DNA of 63,266 nucleotides, the filler included, from Lophium mytilinum (lineage: Eukaryota), in the NCBI GenBank assembly GCA_010093605.1. It is 14 parts of 4 records of this genome, joined end to end, with 100 filler letters (N's around TTAATTAATTAA, not from the genome) between each part and the next. Parts side by side here need not be neighbours in the genome. Positions count along the whole stretch, not along the records: positions 35,150 to 37,435 come from MU004189.1; positions 37,536 to 41,762 come from MU004189.1; positions 41,863 to 44,887 come from MU004189.1; positions 44,988 to 47,572 come from MU004189.1; positions 47,673 to 50,750 come from MU004189.1; 9 more parts are not named here. One strand, written 5' to 3'. This document shows, one piece after another, positions 36,417-50,750 of this stretch (position 1 is its first letter; every line of letters starts with the position of its first letter). The notes beneath the pieces are model-generated. The model was not told the origin of the DNA and searched no databases. It was given only the letters and a program-made list of their open reading frames with translations. A program made the translations under genes and the position numbers.

Positions 36417-39400
36417 ATACTTTATTTCTAGTTAAATTTAGTTAGCCCTATATAGAAACTTATAGATTATAAGTAATTATTATAGATTATATTAAATTAT
36501 AAGCTAGTATATAGTACTTATTATTCTTTAATAGCACGCAATATATTCTAATAGAGGGCGGGCTATTTTATTAGCCTAGAATCTTAATATATTTACGCGT
36601 TAAAGACTATAGCTTACTTTTTTAAACCGCGACTCTAAAGCCTATATATAATTATTTCTATTATTTCTATATTCTTTATAGCTAGTATAAATCTTTATAG
36701 TAGGTATAGTTTTAAGCGCGTACTAGTAGTTATATCTAGTTTTCCTAGTTCTAATAGCACGGCGTATATTAAAAGTAAGTATTACCTCTTACTAATTTCT
36801 AGTATCTAACTTTCTACTATAGTTACTAGCTATAGTAAAGAACTCTTAACTCTAGGTAAGTACTATCTAGGTAATATAAAAGAAGATACTAAGTCTAAGC
36901 GCGTTACTTTCTTCTATAAGGCGAGCGCTAGGCAGTAATATATTACTAGTCTAGTAGAATAGAGTTAATAGGCATCTACTAAGAATGCTAGCGTTATTAA
37001 AAAGATAGCTGCTAGGGTAAGTACTAGTTATAGAATAGCTATAAGATAGTAATATTAGATGCGCATTAAGTAGCCTAGGTTAAACTCCGCGTCTCTCTTA
37101 GCCGGCGTAAAATTAAATAATAGCTAGGAGGCGCTAGTTAGGTAGAGAGTTTTATAATATTACTAATTTAGCCGCTTAAGCCTCTTATATATAGTAGAAT
37201 TAGCGGTATATATATTAGTAATAACTACGCTTAATAAGAATAAGGTAGATAGAGAGTAGATAACTTATAAGAACTAGTAAGTAGTAAGGGTAGAGAACTA
37301 TCTTCTTATAGATTATAAGAGTACTTAAGTCTTCCTTTAATAGTCTATACCGCGCCGTTAGAAGTAGATTAAGTTCTTTAGCTACTTTTATAATAATACT
37401 CTAGTAAAACTCTAGGCCCTATTCTATACTAGGTTNNNNNNNNNNNNNNNNNNNNNNNNNNNNNNNNNNNNNNNNNNNNTTAATTAATTAANNNNNNNNN
37501 NNNNNNNNNNNNNNNNNNNNNNNNNNNNNNNNNNNGTTGCGTTAGTATTATATCTAATTATCCGGCCTTTAAATAAGGGTGGTAGATATTCTTCTAGAAT
37601 CTTAAGAACCTTAAGGGTGCCCTTAATAGTAAGGTTATAGTAGTACTTAAGCTTATTTATAGAGGCTACCTTTTATAGTTTATATATATCTAGATTAAAA
37701 TAATAAGAGTAAGTATACTATTATATACCTAGTATATTAGTAGGTAGACTAGGGCGTATCTAAGTAGAGATCCTAAATTAGCACTTAATTATAACTTACT
37801 TTAGTAGCTTTTAGTTTTATAGCGCCTTAGTAAGCTTTACTATATAGGTAGTATTAGGCATAGTTATTAAAATAATAGTAAGGGCGTAGGTATCTATTAC
37901 CTCTATTTAGCCTTTTAAGATTAGAATATTTACTATAGAATTAAGTTAGTATTTAGCATATCTCTAGTACTTTTAAAGGTTACTATATTTATCTTTAAAG
38001 GTTACTATAGATTTAGACCTATTAGTAGACTATATTATAGTTATTTAAGTAGTAAGTATTTTCTTAAGTTCTACTCCCTATAGTTTATTTAATTTATTTC
38101 TTATAACTAAGATTTTGCGTATACTATATAGAAGATTAAAGAATTAGTTAGTGCCCTTAGAGTAGAGTTAGAAGAAGGGCTTAGTAGTAACCTCTCTATA
38201 TATAGATTAGTTTATTAAGTCTAGGTACTACTGCGCATAAGCTAGACTTACTACTTAGTCTCTATCTAAAGTATATTAGCCTTTACTATTCTAGACTATA
38301 TATTACTATTAGGCCTAATATATTTAAATAGTTAGTTAGTATTAGTATAGGTAGATACGCTTATATTTTAAATAAAATAGTTAGAGTTAGAAGAGAGGCT
38401 ATAATTTAATAGTAAGTAGGTTATTAAAAGAGTTTAGGGCTTTAGTCTAATATGCGCTAGTAGTATATTAGCTATTATTATAGAAAGTATAAGTTACTAT
38501 AGTAGTAGCTATCTTCTAGAGGGTTAGAGTTAAGGCTAGTATAATATTAGGCTAATAATTAAATTAGAACTAAGTACTATTACGTCTAGTAAGATATTAG
38601 TTATATTAAAAGGCTTTTATCTAAACGCGCATCTAATAGCTAAATTATCTAGTAGAATATAGGTACTATATAGTAGTTAATTAGTTCCCTAAATATCTAA
38701 GTATTACCCTATTATCTTTCTTATCTACTTTTAACCTACCTCTACTAATTTTAAGCTATACTTAAGGGTTAGCCTTATAGTATACTATAATAAGTAAACC
38801 TAAGTATTACTAACCTATATATATTTTAAAGGTGTAGCCTATAAAATATAACTATATAATTCTACTACTTCTAGAAAGGCTAAATCTATAAAAAGAAGCG
38901 CACTAACCTAGTTATTAGAGCGCAAGCTGTAAGAGATAGAGAGAGAGCGGAAACTACTAAGTAGAGCCTCTAGAAAGCGCCGCCTAGAGTAGTAGAGAGC
39001 TATAAGAGAGAGAAATATATAGGCTAGTTAAATATAGACTATAGTTAGCCTAGCGCTAGTAGGGGTAAATAAGTAGATAAGAAGTATAATAAATATATAG
39101 ATAGATAACGCTAGTCTTTTTAGGTAGATTAAAGTAGGTGTTCTCTATATAGAGGCGGTGTGCGCGCTAGTAAAGAGGCTAGAGGGCGAGGGTACTTATT
39201 TAGTAAGAAAGAAAGTAGGTAAGTAAGCTATTTTATAGTATAAGCTAAATTAGTAATACTTATAAAAAGAGTAGATAGTAAGAAGATATATAAATTAGTG
39301 CTACTATCTACTAGCTTATAGGGCGTAACTTTAGTAGATAATAAGCTACTATTAGAGGTAGAGAGGCGTATAGTAGCTTAGGTAATAATAAGTAGTATAG

Positions 39401-40060
39401 TACCTTCTTAGGTAGCTATAGCTAACTTCTCTTTCTATTCTAAGAATCTTAACTTATTAGCTGCTAATTTAGTAGAGCTTATAACGCTAATTTAAATAAT
39501 AGAGGGGGGCACCTATATATAGAAATTAGCCTTTCTTTCTATATTAACTAACCTAGGTAAGTAGAAGGTAATATTAGATAGAAGTTATTACTAATCTATT
39601 AAGTATTACTAAAAGCTAATAGGTATAGATAAATATTAAGGTAGAGGCTAATTATTACTAATTATTAGGTAGTAGAGTTTTTTAAGCTATATAACTCTTT
39701 ACTTCTATTATATTATAATATAGCCTATTTACTAATTACGCACTTAATTATATACTACTTTAAACTTTACCTTCTATCTAGCCTTTTAATTCTAATTCTT
39801 ATCTACTATTCTTACCTATCTTTTCTTTTTTATTCTTCTTCTCCTCTATCTCTCTCTTCCCTCTCTCTCTTTTTCTTCTCCTCTTTTTCTTATATACTAA
39901 CTTTCTTCTCTATACCTTAGGCTTACCTATACTTACTATATTTCTAGTACCGCTCTATAAGTACTTCTTTAATAGATATTATACCTATTTAAAAGTATAA
40001 CTAAAANNNNNNNNNNATCTACCTTTCTTATACCCTAACTTCTTATTTTATTTACCTAAT

Positions 40061-41762
40061 ATAGCTAAAGAATTAGGTTAATGCACTAGTTACTAATAAC
40101 GCCTTCCTAATAATTAAAATAATAAGGAGTTTAACCCGGATAAATAGTTATTAAGTATAGACTCTAGTTAAGTAGACTATAATAGTAATTTAGAGCTAGA
40201 TAAGCTAGATAACTACTATAGCTGCTAGCCTCCCTATAGTAGCTGCTAATACTCTAGACCTACTTAGAGAAAGGCTATAATACTTCTAGTAGACCTACTA
40301 TATAATATATCTATATAGAGTAAGGTAGTATTTAATTTTACTAAGAACTCTAAAGGCTACTTAAGTTAAATAAATATTATAGCTAGCTTAGGTCTAGCTT
40401 CTAAGGTATAGCACTAAATAGAAGCTAACTTATTTATACTAATAGAGAACTCTAAAGTATATTTATAGGTAAAATATCTCTTATAACTAGGCTAAAATAA
40501 CTATAGTAAGAATAACGCCTACTTAAATATTTAGTTTAAAATATATATACTTTTTATAGATATATAGAGTTATATATTTAAGAAGTCTTTTATATTAGCT
40601 AAATAGAAGTAAGTATATTAGATATTAATCTAGTATAAAGTCTATAAGAAATATAAAATATAGAGTAGTATTATTAAAAGTAATAAGAAGTAGAAGTAGT
40701 TTAAGTTAGCCTTATCTATAAAGTTAGTTATATTAGTAGGCCTTAGCTCTCTAATAAAATCCTTAAATATTACTACCTAAAATACTCTATTTAAGCTCTA
40801 GCTATTATATATAGTCCTTGCTATAATATACTAGCTACTATAGTAGAAAAGTACTAGACGCCTTTTTACTCTTTATCTTATAAGGTCTAGTAGTAAAGGC
40901 CTAGAGCTAGAAGACTATAGCTTTATAAAGTTTCTAGAAGCTATTAATAGAACTTTTATAGACTTTAACCCTCTAAAGTATATTATTATAGTTAATAGAA
41001 CCTAGAAGTTAATAGAGAATAACTTTTATCTAACTATACTATTAGAGGAAATAAAAAGTATACCTAAAGAGATAGTACTTAGTTTTATAGTAAAGGGCCT
41101 TAATATTAAAAAGGTAATATCTAAACTTAAGACTAGATATATATTAATTATTATTAATTATTAAATATTACTACTAACTAATATATAGCTAGGTCTATAC
41201 TTTCTTAAGTTTCCGCCTTCTAGTATCCGCCCGGCTAAGAAACGCCCCCGCTATAGTAAGCCTAAGGCTGCTGCGGCTAAGGGTCTATCTAAACCTACCG
41301 CTGCTAATACTCTAAATAAAATAATTATTAACTTAACTATAAGTCTAGATATATATATAGCTAATATAGATAGAATTAATTCTATAGTAGAGTAGAATAA
41401 AGGAAAGAAGTAGAAATAGCTAGTAGATATAGTAAAAAAAGAGAAAGAAAAAAAAAAGAAAGAGCTAGTAGAAATAGTAAAAGTAGAAAAAGAAAAGAAA
41501 GAGAAAGAAAAGAAGAAGAAAGAGTTAGTAGAGAAAGAGCTAGTAGAGAAAGCGCTAGTAGAGAAAGCGCTAGCAGAAATAGTAAAAGTAGAAAAAGAAA
41601 AAAAAAAGAAAGAGATAAAGAAGAAAGAAATAAAAGAGAGAGAGCTAGTAGATATAGTAATAGCAGAGAAGGCTAAGAAGTAGATAGAATAGAAGAAGAG
41701 AGAGCTAGCTAAAACTATAACTAAAGAGAAAGTAAAGAGGTAGAAATAGCTAGAAAAGATAG
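40061..41762 (+). pseudogene. SNF2-family ATPase gene relic, 5' part (copy 2)
   Basis: Collinear with 57544 to about 59245. Confidence 0.85.
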
Positions 41763-42479
41763 NNNNNNNNNNNNNNNNNNNNNNNNNNNNNNNNNNNNNN
41801 NNNNNNTTAATTAATTAANNNNNNNNNNNNNNNNNNNNNNNNNNNNNNNNNNNNNNNNNNNNTATATCTAAGTTGCTAGAGAAAGTATATATTCCTAGTC
41901 CTAGCTATTATATAAATTAAATAAGAGTATTCTAAAATAGGCGTATAGGCCTATACTTTTATAATATTAGTATCTCTATACTATATATAATTAGCTAAAG
42001 CCCTAAAGCATTATAATAGCGCCCTATAATAACATTAATAATTATAAAAAAAAAAGTACCGCCTAAGTATATATTTAGATAAATAAACCGGGCCGTTATA
42101 TAGTAATAGTTAATAATAGAGTATTATTTATAATTATCTCTAATACTTAAGTGTATAAATATATTAGGCAGTAGTATAAAATATAGAATTTTTAGCCTAA
42201 TACTAAACTATCTAGATCTTACACTAATAACTTAATAAATGCTAGGTTACTATTAATATAAAGGGGCTTTAGTTCCTTCTTAAAAGAAGAGGTAGTATAG
42301 ATATCCTATTAATTACTATAAAATAGTTACTACTAAAGTAGCTAATTTAGTTACGCAGACATAATAAAAGTCTAGTCTTAGCACCCTATTATCTAAACAC
42401 GTATATAAACTAACTCTAACTTTACCTTTTCTACTTCTTCTATACTCTAAGAATTATTAAACTATTATATTATTAGATA

Positions 42480-43230
42480 AATAAGGCTAGTCCCTAATAC
42501 CTAATAATCTTAAGCTAAACTCTAGAAGTAAGCTTATATAGGGCCTTAATATTAGCGCCTATAAATATAATACGCTATATACTATAATAGAGACTAAAAT
42601 AAGGTTAGTAGACCTACTAGGCGGATTTCTCTACTTAAAGATAATTAGGGGGATAGTATAATCTATAATAATAGATATTATAAAGAAGTTTTCTAAAATA
42701 CTTTTACGCGTTCTACTTAAAGAAGAATATAAGTAGATGTTAAAACTCGCATAGTAATATAACTATAATAAGAAAAAATAAGATTATATTAACGCGTCTT
42801 ATTATTCTAATTCTATAGATACTCTACCTACTAAATAAAATAGAACTTTACCGTACTTTAAATGCTACTATAGTTTAGCGCATATAGGAATAAAGTTAAT
42901 ATTAGTAAAGTAGCTAGGTAGTAAGGCCGCCCGTATTATACTAGTATATAAACTTGCACTACCTATACTACTAAAGAGTATACTAGTAATACTAGCCCCT
43001 AAATTTAGTATACTTATTACTAGGTTAAATATAATATTTAGTCTTAATATAGAACGCGAAACTATATATTACTATATTATAGATAATCTTAAGTTTCTAG
43101 TTAAGAATAAGATAGACTAGTATATAGTAATAGTATATTAGAGTTTATTAAAAGAACTAGACTATATTACTCTAATTATTAAGCCTTAGCTAAATAGTAT
43201 ATTAAATATATATAATAATTTTAATTAATA
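42480..43230 (+). pseudogene. Unidentified ORF relic in the arm downstream of SNF2; boundaries approximate
   Basis: One frame (...LNISAYKYNTLYTIIETKIRLVDLLGGFLY...) has noticeably fewer stops than the other two + frames; no motif recognised. Confidence 0.35.
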
Positions 43231-46200
43231 TAGCTAATATAGATAGATAATACCCCTGCATCTATCTACTCTAGCTAGTACTATACTATTCTTCTACCTA
43301 TACCTATATTAGCCTCTACTAGTTATAAACGCCTGCATAATAAGATAAATAAGTAAGAGATTAAAGCTATAGAAAAAGTTAAAAAGAATATAAGAGTTAT
43401 ATAAGAGATAAGAGTATAGAACTATAAAAGATAGAGAACTTAGATAGTATAAAAGTCTATATACCTAGCTAACCTAATTTATAATTAGACTATTCTATAG
43501 CCTACCTTACTAAGAGAACTAGACTAGAACTATACTACTTTAAGGCGGGGCCTTATTATAACCTTATACTATTTTACTAGACTAGAATATAGATAGCTTA
43601 ATATCCTTATATATAGGCAGTATAGAGTTATCTAAACTATAGCTATTATTAGAACTAGAAGTATAGCTATATAGCTAAATATTCTAACTAGGTATATAGA
43701 TTCTATAGGGGGGGGAATTTACTACTAGTAGACTACCCTTCTATTCTTCTATCTAGAGATTTCTCTACTATAGAGGAGTACCCTATAATATAGTATATAA
43801 CTACTTATAGCGTAGTAACTAATAGAAAGCTAGAATTATAGAAAGAAGGCCTAAATAGTAGTAAAGAGAGTGTTTTAGGCTAAGAAAGAGAAGAATATAA
43901 TAGCTTAAGGTTATATAATTTAGTTAGTAAAGATAGAGGCGTTTATTATAGATAATATAGAAAAGGGATATATACTATAGCTAGAGGAGATAGCTAGTAG
44001 GTTATTTACGCCTAAGTAGGTTACCTAACTAGAAATAAAGTTAGTAATAAGGGGATAGCTACGCGTTATAATATTAATACCTCTATTAGGGCCTCTAACT
44101 TAGCTAGCTATCTATCTAATAATATAGAATGTAAAGTCTATAATCTCTTAACTAACTACTATTCTAATAGCGTAGAAGATGCTATCTAGAAATAATAGCA
44201 GGAGGTAGTAGCGCGCATATAGTAATTAGTAGAAGTTAATATAAGTATATAAGTATAAGCTCTAGTCTAAGGTAATATAATAGAAGAGGTAATTATATAG
44301 ATAGAAGTATTTAATTATATAGAATAATAGGGCTTTATTAAGAGGGGGATAAAGAAAAGGTATATAACTAGCTAAAAATACTAAGTTAACGCATATAGAC
44401 TGCATCTAGCTAGCTCTATTATATTCTATTATAATAAACGCGTAACTTACTCCCTCTTTATTTTCTTCTCTCTATACTACTTAATTATAATCTACTTTAC
44501 TTCTCTTTATAGTTATTATTCTTATACTCTACCTTAAGAAATAAAATGTTTTTTTACTATACGCCCCCTATCTATTATTTAGTAAGGCTTAATATTACCT
44601 ACTTAAATATAGTAAAAGGTAATATAAAACTATCTTTCTCTACCCTAAATAGGGACTTACTATATAACTTAAATATACTATATTATATACCCTATCTATA
44701 GTATATATTAATATATATATAGCTAACGCGTATAACTATAGATAGTAAAGAAGTAAAAATGCGCTGCCTTAAAACTAATTAATATAGTAACGCGCCTAGC
44801 TCTCTTAACTCTAATGCCTACTAACTAATAATAAATATATAGAACTTAATAAGTAAAAGAGAATATACTACTAGAATATTCTAAGATNNNNNNNNNNNNN
44901 NNNNNNNNNNNNNNNNNNNNNNNNNNNNNNNTTAATTAATTAANNNNNNNNNNNNNNNNNNNNNNNNNNNNNNNNNNNNNNNNNNNNAATTAGTAAATAG
45001 AGTATAAGTAGGCTCTATCTTACGCTTAGTATTATCTTTCTATTTTATAATATATATACTATAATTAGATGCATTCTAAATTACTATATAGTCTACTATC
45101 TAACGCGTAATATATATATCGCGTACTATTCCCTAGCCTAGATATCTAGCGCACGCGTTACTAGCTCTAATAGTCTACTAGGATATTAAAATTATTAAGG
45201 TTAGTAATAGTTATACAATTCTTAGAAATATATATAGGCATTACTATTTATATAATATATAAAGTTTATAATATATATAAAGTTACTATAGACTATAAAG
45301 CCCTAGTAGAGATAGTAAGAAGAAATAACTAGATATACTAGTATAACTTTAAATTTTCTACTATATATAATAATTATGTATTTAGTATATAAGGCTCTAT
45401 CTATATTATTATCTATCTATCTATAACCTAGGCGGATTAGGCAGTTTTAGAAGGTTAGATAGAGGAGGTAGATAGCTATATTTATAAGGACTATAAAGTA
45501 GTTATTAACTATAATAATTACCTATAATACTAGATTATCTATAATTAAGAATTATCTACGTAGCCTGCGTATAAATTTTATATAAGAAGTAGGTAAACTT
45601 TTATAGAGTAGTATAAAGCCCGCGGAGTAGTAAAATATATAGTCTTCTAGAAGATTATATAAGTAACTAGTATTCTCCGCGCGTTTCTTAATTTAGAAAT
45701 TTCTAATATATATTAGTACCTAATACTATACTTTTAAGTATCTAGTATTTTATTTATTCTTCTACTACTATATATTTTACCTTTATAGTTAGTACTTTAG
45801 CATGCCTATTTATACTATTCTATATTTAAATTATTTTACTATATTATTTTATACTAAGGGAGCTAATATAGTTATAGATAGGTGTATCTCTATCTATACC
45901 TAAGAAGCGGCTAGTAAAAGAGAAGAATAGTAGACTACTTAATATAAAGATATTAGACCTAGTTATTTAGTTAATAGCCCTATAGGCTTCTATTCTAGCC
46001 GCTATTTTATCTTAGACTATAGCGGCACTTTAATAGGTATTTATTAGTATATACTACTTAGTAGAGTAGCCGTAATATATATATAAGCTAATTTTATACT
46101 TAAAGTCTATTTATATATAGAAGTTAGTATTACTAGATTAAAAAATAGGCGTATACCTATTCTTATTCTCTATACCGCGTTTTCTCTTTCTAGTAAGAGA

Positions 46201-47672
46201 TAAGGTACGGCTGGACAGCTAAAATAATATAGTATTACTATCTTAGAATATTCTAGTAGTATATTCTCTTTTACTTATTAAGTTCTATATATTTATTATT
46301 AGTTAGTAGGCGTTAAAGTTAAGAAAGCTAGGCGCGTTACTATATTAATTAGTTTTAAGGCAGCATATTTTTACTTCTTTACTATTTATAGTTATACGCG
46401 TTAGCTATATATATATTAATATATACTATAGATAGGGTATATAGTATAGTATATTTAAGTTATATAGTAAGTTTCTATTTAGAGTAGAGAGAGATAGTTC
46501 TATATTACCTTTTACTATATTTAAGTAGATAATATTAAGCCTTACTAAATAATAAATAGGGGGCGTATAGTAAAAGAATATTCTATTTCTTAAGGTAGAG
46601 TATAAAAATAATAACTATAAAGGGAAGTAAAGTAGATTATAATTAAGTAGTATAAAGAGAAGAAAATAAAAGAGAAGTAAGTTGCGCATTTATTATAATA
46701 GAATATAATAGAGCTAGCTAGATATAGTCTATATATATTAACTTAGCATCTTTAGCTAGTTATATACCTCTTCTCTATCCCCCCCTTAATAAAGCCCTAT
46801 TATTCTATATAATTAAATACTTCTATCTATATAATTACCTCTTCTATTATATTACCTTAGACTAGAGCTTATATTTATATACTTATATTAACTTCTACTA
46901 ATTACTATACATGCGCTACTACCTCCCGCTATTATTTCTAGATAGTATCTCCTACGCTATTAAAATAGTAGTTAGTTAAGAGATTATAGACTTTATATTC
47001 TATATTATTAGATAGATAGCTAGCTAAGTTAAAGGCTCTAATAGAGGTATTAATATTATAATGCGCAGCTATCCTCTTATTACTAACTTTATCTCTAGTT
47101 AGGCAACCTACTTAGCCGTAAATAACTTACTAGCTATCTTCTCTAGCTATAGTATATATCCCTCTTCTATATTATCTATAATAAACGCCTCTATTTTTAC
47201 TAACTAAATTACATAACTTTAAGCTATTATATTCTTCTCTCTTTTAGCCTAAAACACTCTCTTTACTACTATTTAGGCCTTCTTTCTATAATTCTAGCCC
47301 TCTATTAGTTACTACGCTATAAGTAGTTATATACTATATTATAGGGTACTTCTCTATAGTAGAGAGGTCTCTAAATAGAAAAATAGAAAAGTAGTCTACT
47401 AGTAGTAAATTTCCCCCCTATAGAATTTATATACCTAGTTAAAATATTTAGCTATATAGCTATATTTCTAGTTTTAATAATAGCTATAGTTTAGATAACT
47501 CTATACTACCTATATATAGAGATATTAAGCTATTTATATTCTAGTCTAGTAAGATAGTATAAGGTTATAATANNNNNNNNNNNNNNNNNNNNNNNNNNNN
47601 NNNNNNNNNNNNNNNNTTAATTAATTAANNNNNNNNNNNNNNNNNNNNNNNNNNNNNNNNNNNNNNNNNNNN

Positions 47673-50600
47673 AATAAATATAACTATATAAGCTTTTTAG
47701 TTAGTATAGTCTTTATAATTATCTAGTATTAATTATATTAGTTTATTAGATAATAATTACTAATTATAGATAGAGATAGGTAGTAACTTATAATATAGAT
47801 AACTAAATTAACTATAGGCTCCTTACTAATAATTAGTATCTTCTTTTTCTTAGCTTAAATATATTAAACTATACTTCTAATCTTCTTTAGCTTTCCTAAA
47901 TTAGCTAGTAGGTTAGTATACTATTTAGTAAGGGTACTCTTTAAGTCTATATAATCTATCTAGCCTATATTTTTAATATCTTCTAGAGTAAAGATTAAAT
48001 TACTTATTAAGCTAAGCTCTTTCTATTATATCTTTAACTTAGCTAGCCTAGAAATTAATATAAAAATCTAGGGTAGCCTTTTCTTACCTAAGCCTATTAG
48101 GAAGGCGCCTAGGCTAAAGAAAGGTAGTAGCTTATTAATTACTACTTTATACCTTAGCTATTCTTTATACTTTTTTTTAAGGTCTATATATCTCTCTCTA
48201 ATAACTATATAGTACTTCTTAATAAAGGGTTTAAAGTAGTTAGGTATACTAACTATTACCTGCTATATAATATAGAGCGGTATATCCCCTAAAAGAAGGC
48301 TATTTAGACTAAGGCTTATTAGTATTCTATAGATACTTATAGCTATAATTATATCTAATACTCTCTAGAAACGCCTAGATAATTTAGAATTATTCTATAG
48401 TTACTACTCTTTCTCTATTTTTAAAGTATAGTAGTAACCTCTAGCCTTTATAAGGTCTTCTTAATTAATATACTAGAGGGTAGAGCCTTAATAAAGAATA
48501 TTAAACTTATCCCCTTTATCTATATTCTTTTTCTCTAACTTCTTATCTAGAAGAGTATTATCTAGATTATCTTTAATATTAGTATTTAAGTTAGTTAGAT
48601 CTACTATCTAAGTTAGCGTCTATAAACCTCTATATAGTATAACTATTAGATATAATAGAGTTTTAGGGCCGTAGAGAAAAAAAGTTCTACTATAGAATAA
48701 GCCTCTAGAGTAGCTATATAGATTAGCAGCCTTATTAAACTCTTTTAAGTTCTAGCCCTAATAAACCTAATTAAGCGCACAGTTAATATTTACCTATTTA
48801 TATATAGTTAGGCGGAATATATATTAATACTATATAGACTTAATATAGCTAAAAGCTATAATATATAGAGATATATTATTAAATTCTAGGTAGAACTTAT
48901 TAAAAAAAACAGCCCTATATATATATATAGGGGTTACTTTATTACTATATAATAGGTTATAGAATATTATAAAAATCTCTAGTAAGTTTAAATTCTTATT
49001 ATATTTTTTATTAAAGGTCTCTACACTTATAATAATAAGGTAGGTTTTTACTCTTAAATTTAGCTTATACTATACCCGACTATTTATTTCTTAGTAGATA
49101 GGCCTAAGGTTCTTCTAGTCTTTAGAAGTAAGATTACTCTTTATAATACTTCTATATATACGCTAGATATAAAGTCTTCTACTAGAAACCTTAAAATTCT
49201 TATTCTTATATTTAATATCTAGCTAGTATTTTACCTTCTTATAGGTCTAATTTAGTAGACTCTTCTTAGTAAGCTAAATAATATAGCCTTTAATACTACT
49301 AGAATATAGAGTATTAGTACTAGCCTCTCTAGTATAAGTAGTAAATACTATTAATATTTATAGAGTTTTTTCTATTCTAGAGAAGTTTATAAAAATTAGC
49401 CTATATACTCTACTAGTAAGACCTTAAATAATACTATATATTCCGGCTATCTAGTATAGAGCTATATATATCTTTAGGTTAGTAGTTATTTCTAGTAGCT
49501 TAAAAGTTATATTACTAGAAAAATTTCTATATATTAGAGGTAAACTAAAAAACTATAGTATCTTTTTAAATACTACTACTAAAATATTCTTTATAGAGCT
49601 TAATATTAGGGCTATTATAGTAGTAATATTAATAGTATCTACCTTCTTTATATTAGCTATAATTATCTTATTTATATTTATAGAGGGTCTAGTCTTACTA
49701 AAACTATATATATTAAATTTAAGTGTGGCTATAATATTAATACTACTAATTACTATATCCCCCGCGACTTAAATATTACTAGAAATAGTTTAGCCGCTCT
49801 CTATAGTAACTATAAGCGCATAAAGTTATTTTTAGGTAGTTAAATACTAAGTAGTTCTAGGCCTAAGTACTTTAAGCTACTATATAATCTTATTATAGAT
49901 AATACTAGGCTAAATAGAATTATATATTAACTTAGTATATAGCTAGATAATATTAAGTATCTATTAGATTAGTTATACTTTCTTTTCTATTTATAGCTTC
50001 TATATCTTCTTTTCTACTAGTAGTTTCTACTTTCTTTATTTCTCTTACTCCGCTATCTTTTCTAGCTATTTCTACCTCTTTACTTTCTCTTTAGTTATAG
50101 TTTTAGCTAGCTCTCTCTTCTTCTATTCTATCTACTTCTTAGCCTTCTCTGCTATTACTATATCTACTAGCTCTCTCTCTTTTATTTCTTTCTTCTTTAT
50201 CTCTTTCTTTTTTTTTTCTTTTTCTACTTTTACTATTTCTGCTAGCGCTTTCTCTACTAGCGCTTTCTCTACTAGCTCTTTCTCTACTAACTCTTTCTTC
50301 TTCTTTTCTTTCTCTTTCTTTTCTTTTTCTACTTTTACTATTTCTACTAGCTCTTTCTTCTTTTTTTCTTTCTCTTTTTTTACTATATCTACTAGCTATT
50401 TCTACTTCTTTCCTTTATTCTACTCTACTATAGAATTAACTCTATCTATATTAGCTATATATATATCTAGACTTATAATTAAGTTAATAATTATTTTATC
50501 TAGAGTATTAGCGGCGGTAGGTTTAAATAGACCCTTAGCCGCAGCAGCCTTAGGCTTACTATAGCGGGGGCGTTTCTTAGCCGGGCGGATACTAGAAGGC

Positions 50601-50750
50601 GGAAACTTAAGAAAGTATAGACCTAGCTATATATTAGTTAGTAGTAATATTTAATAATTAATAATAATTAATATATATCTAGTCTTAAGTTTAGATATTA
50701 CCTTTTTAATATTAAGGCCCTTTACTATAAAACTAAGTACTATCTCTTTA
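47673..50750 (-). pseudogene. SNF2-family ATPase gene relic, internal part (copy 3)
   Basis: Direct repeat of about 308-3381. Confidence 0.85.

Larger units (their letters stand above)
31044..44887 (-). mobile_element. Family D (Plavaka/SNF2 element) copy 2, the most complete, gapped
   Basis: Contains downstream ORF relics, the transposase (- strand), the SNF2 5' part (+ strand, 40061-41762) and a further arm (41863-44887). Several segments recur inverted in 46240-55324. Confidence 0.8.

Noticed and set aside
40007..40016. Apparent ~250-bp deletion in D copy 2 relative to about 57253-57499
   Set aside because: Coincides with a 10-N gap, so the sequence is probably just unassembled.
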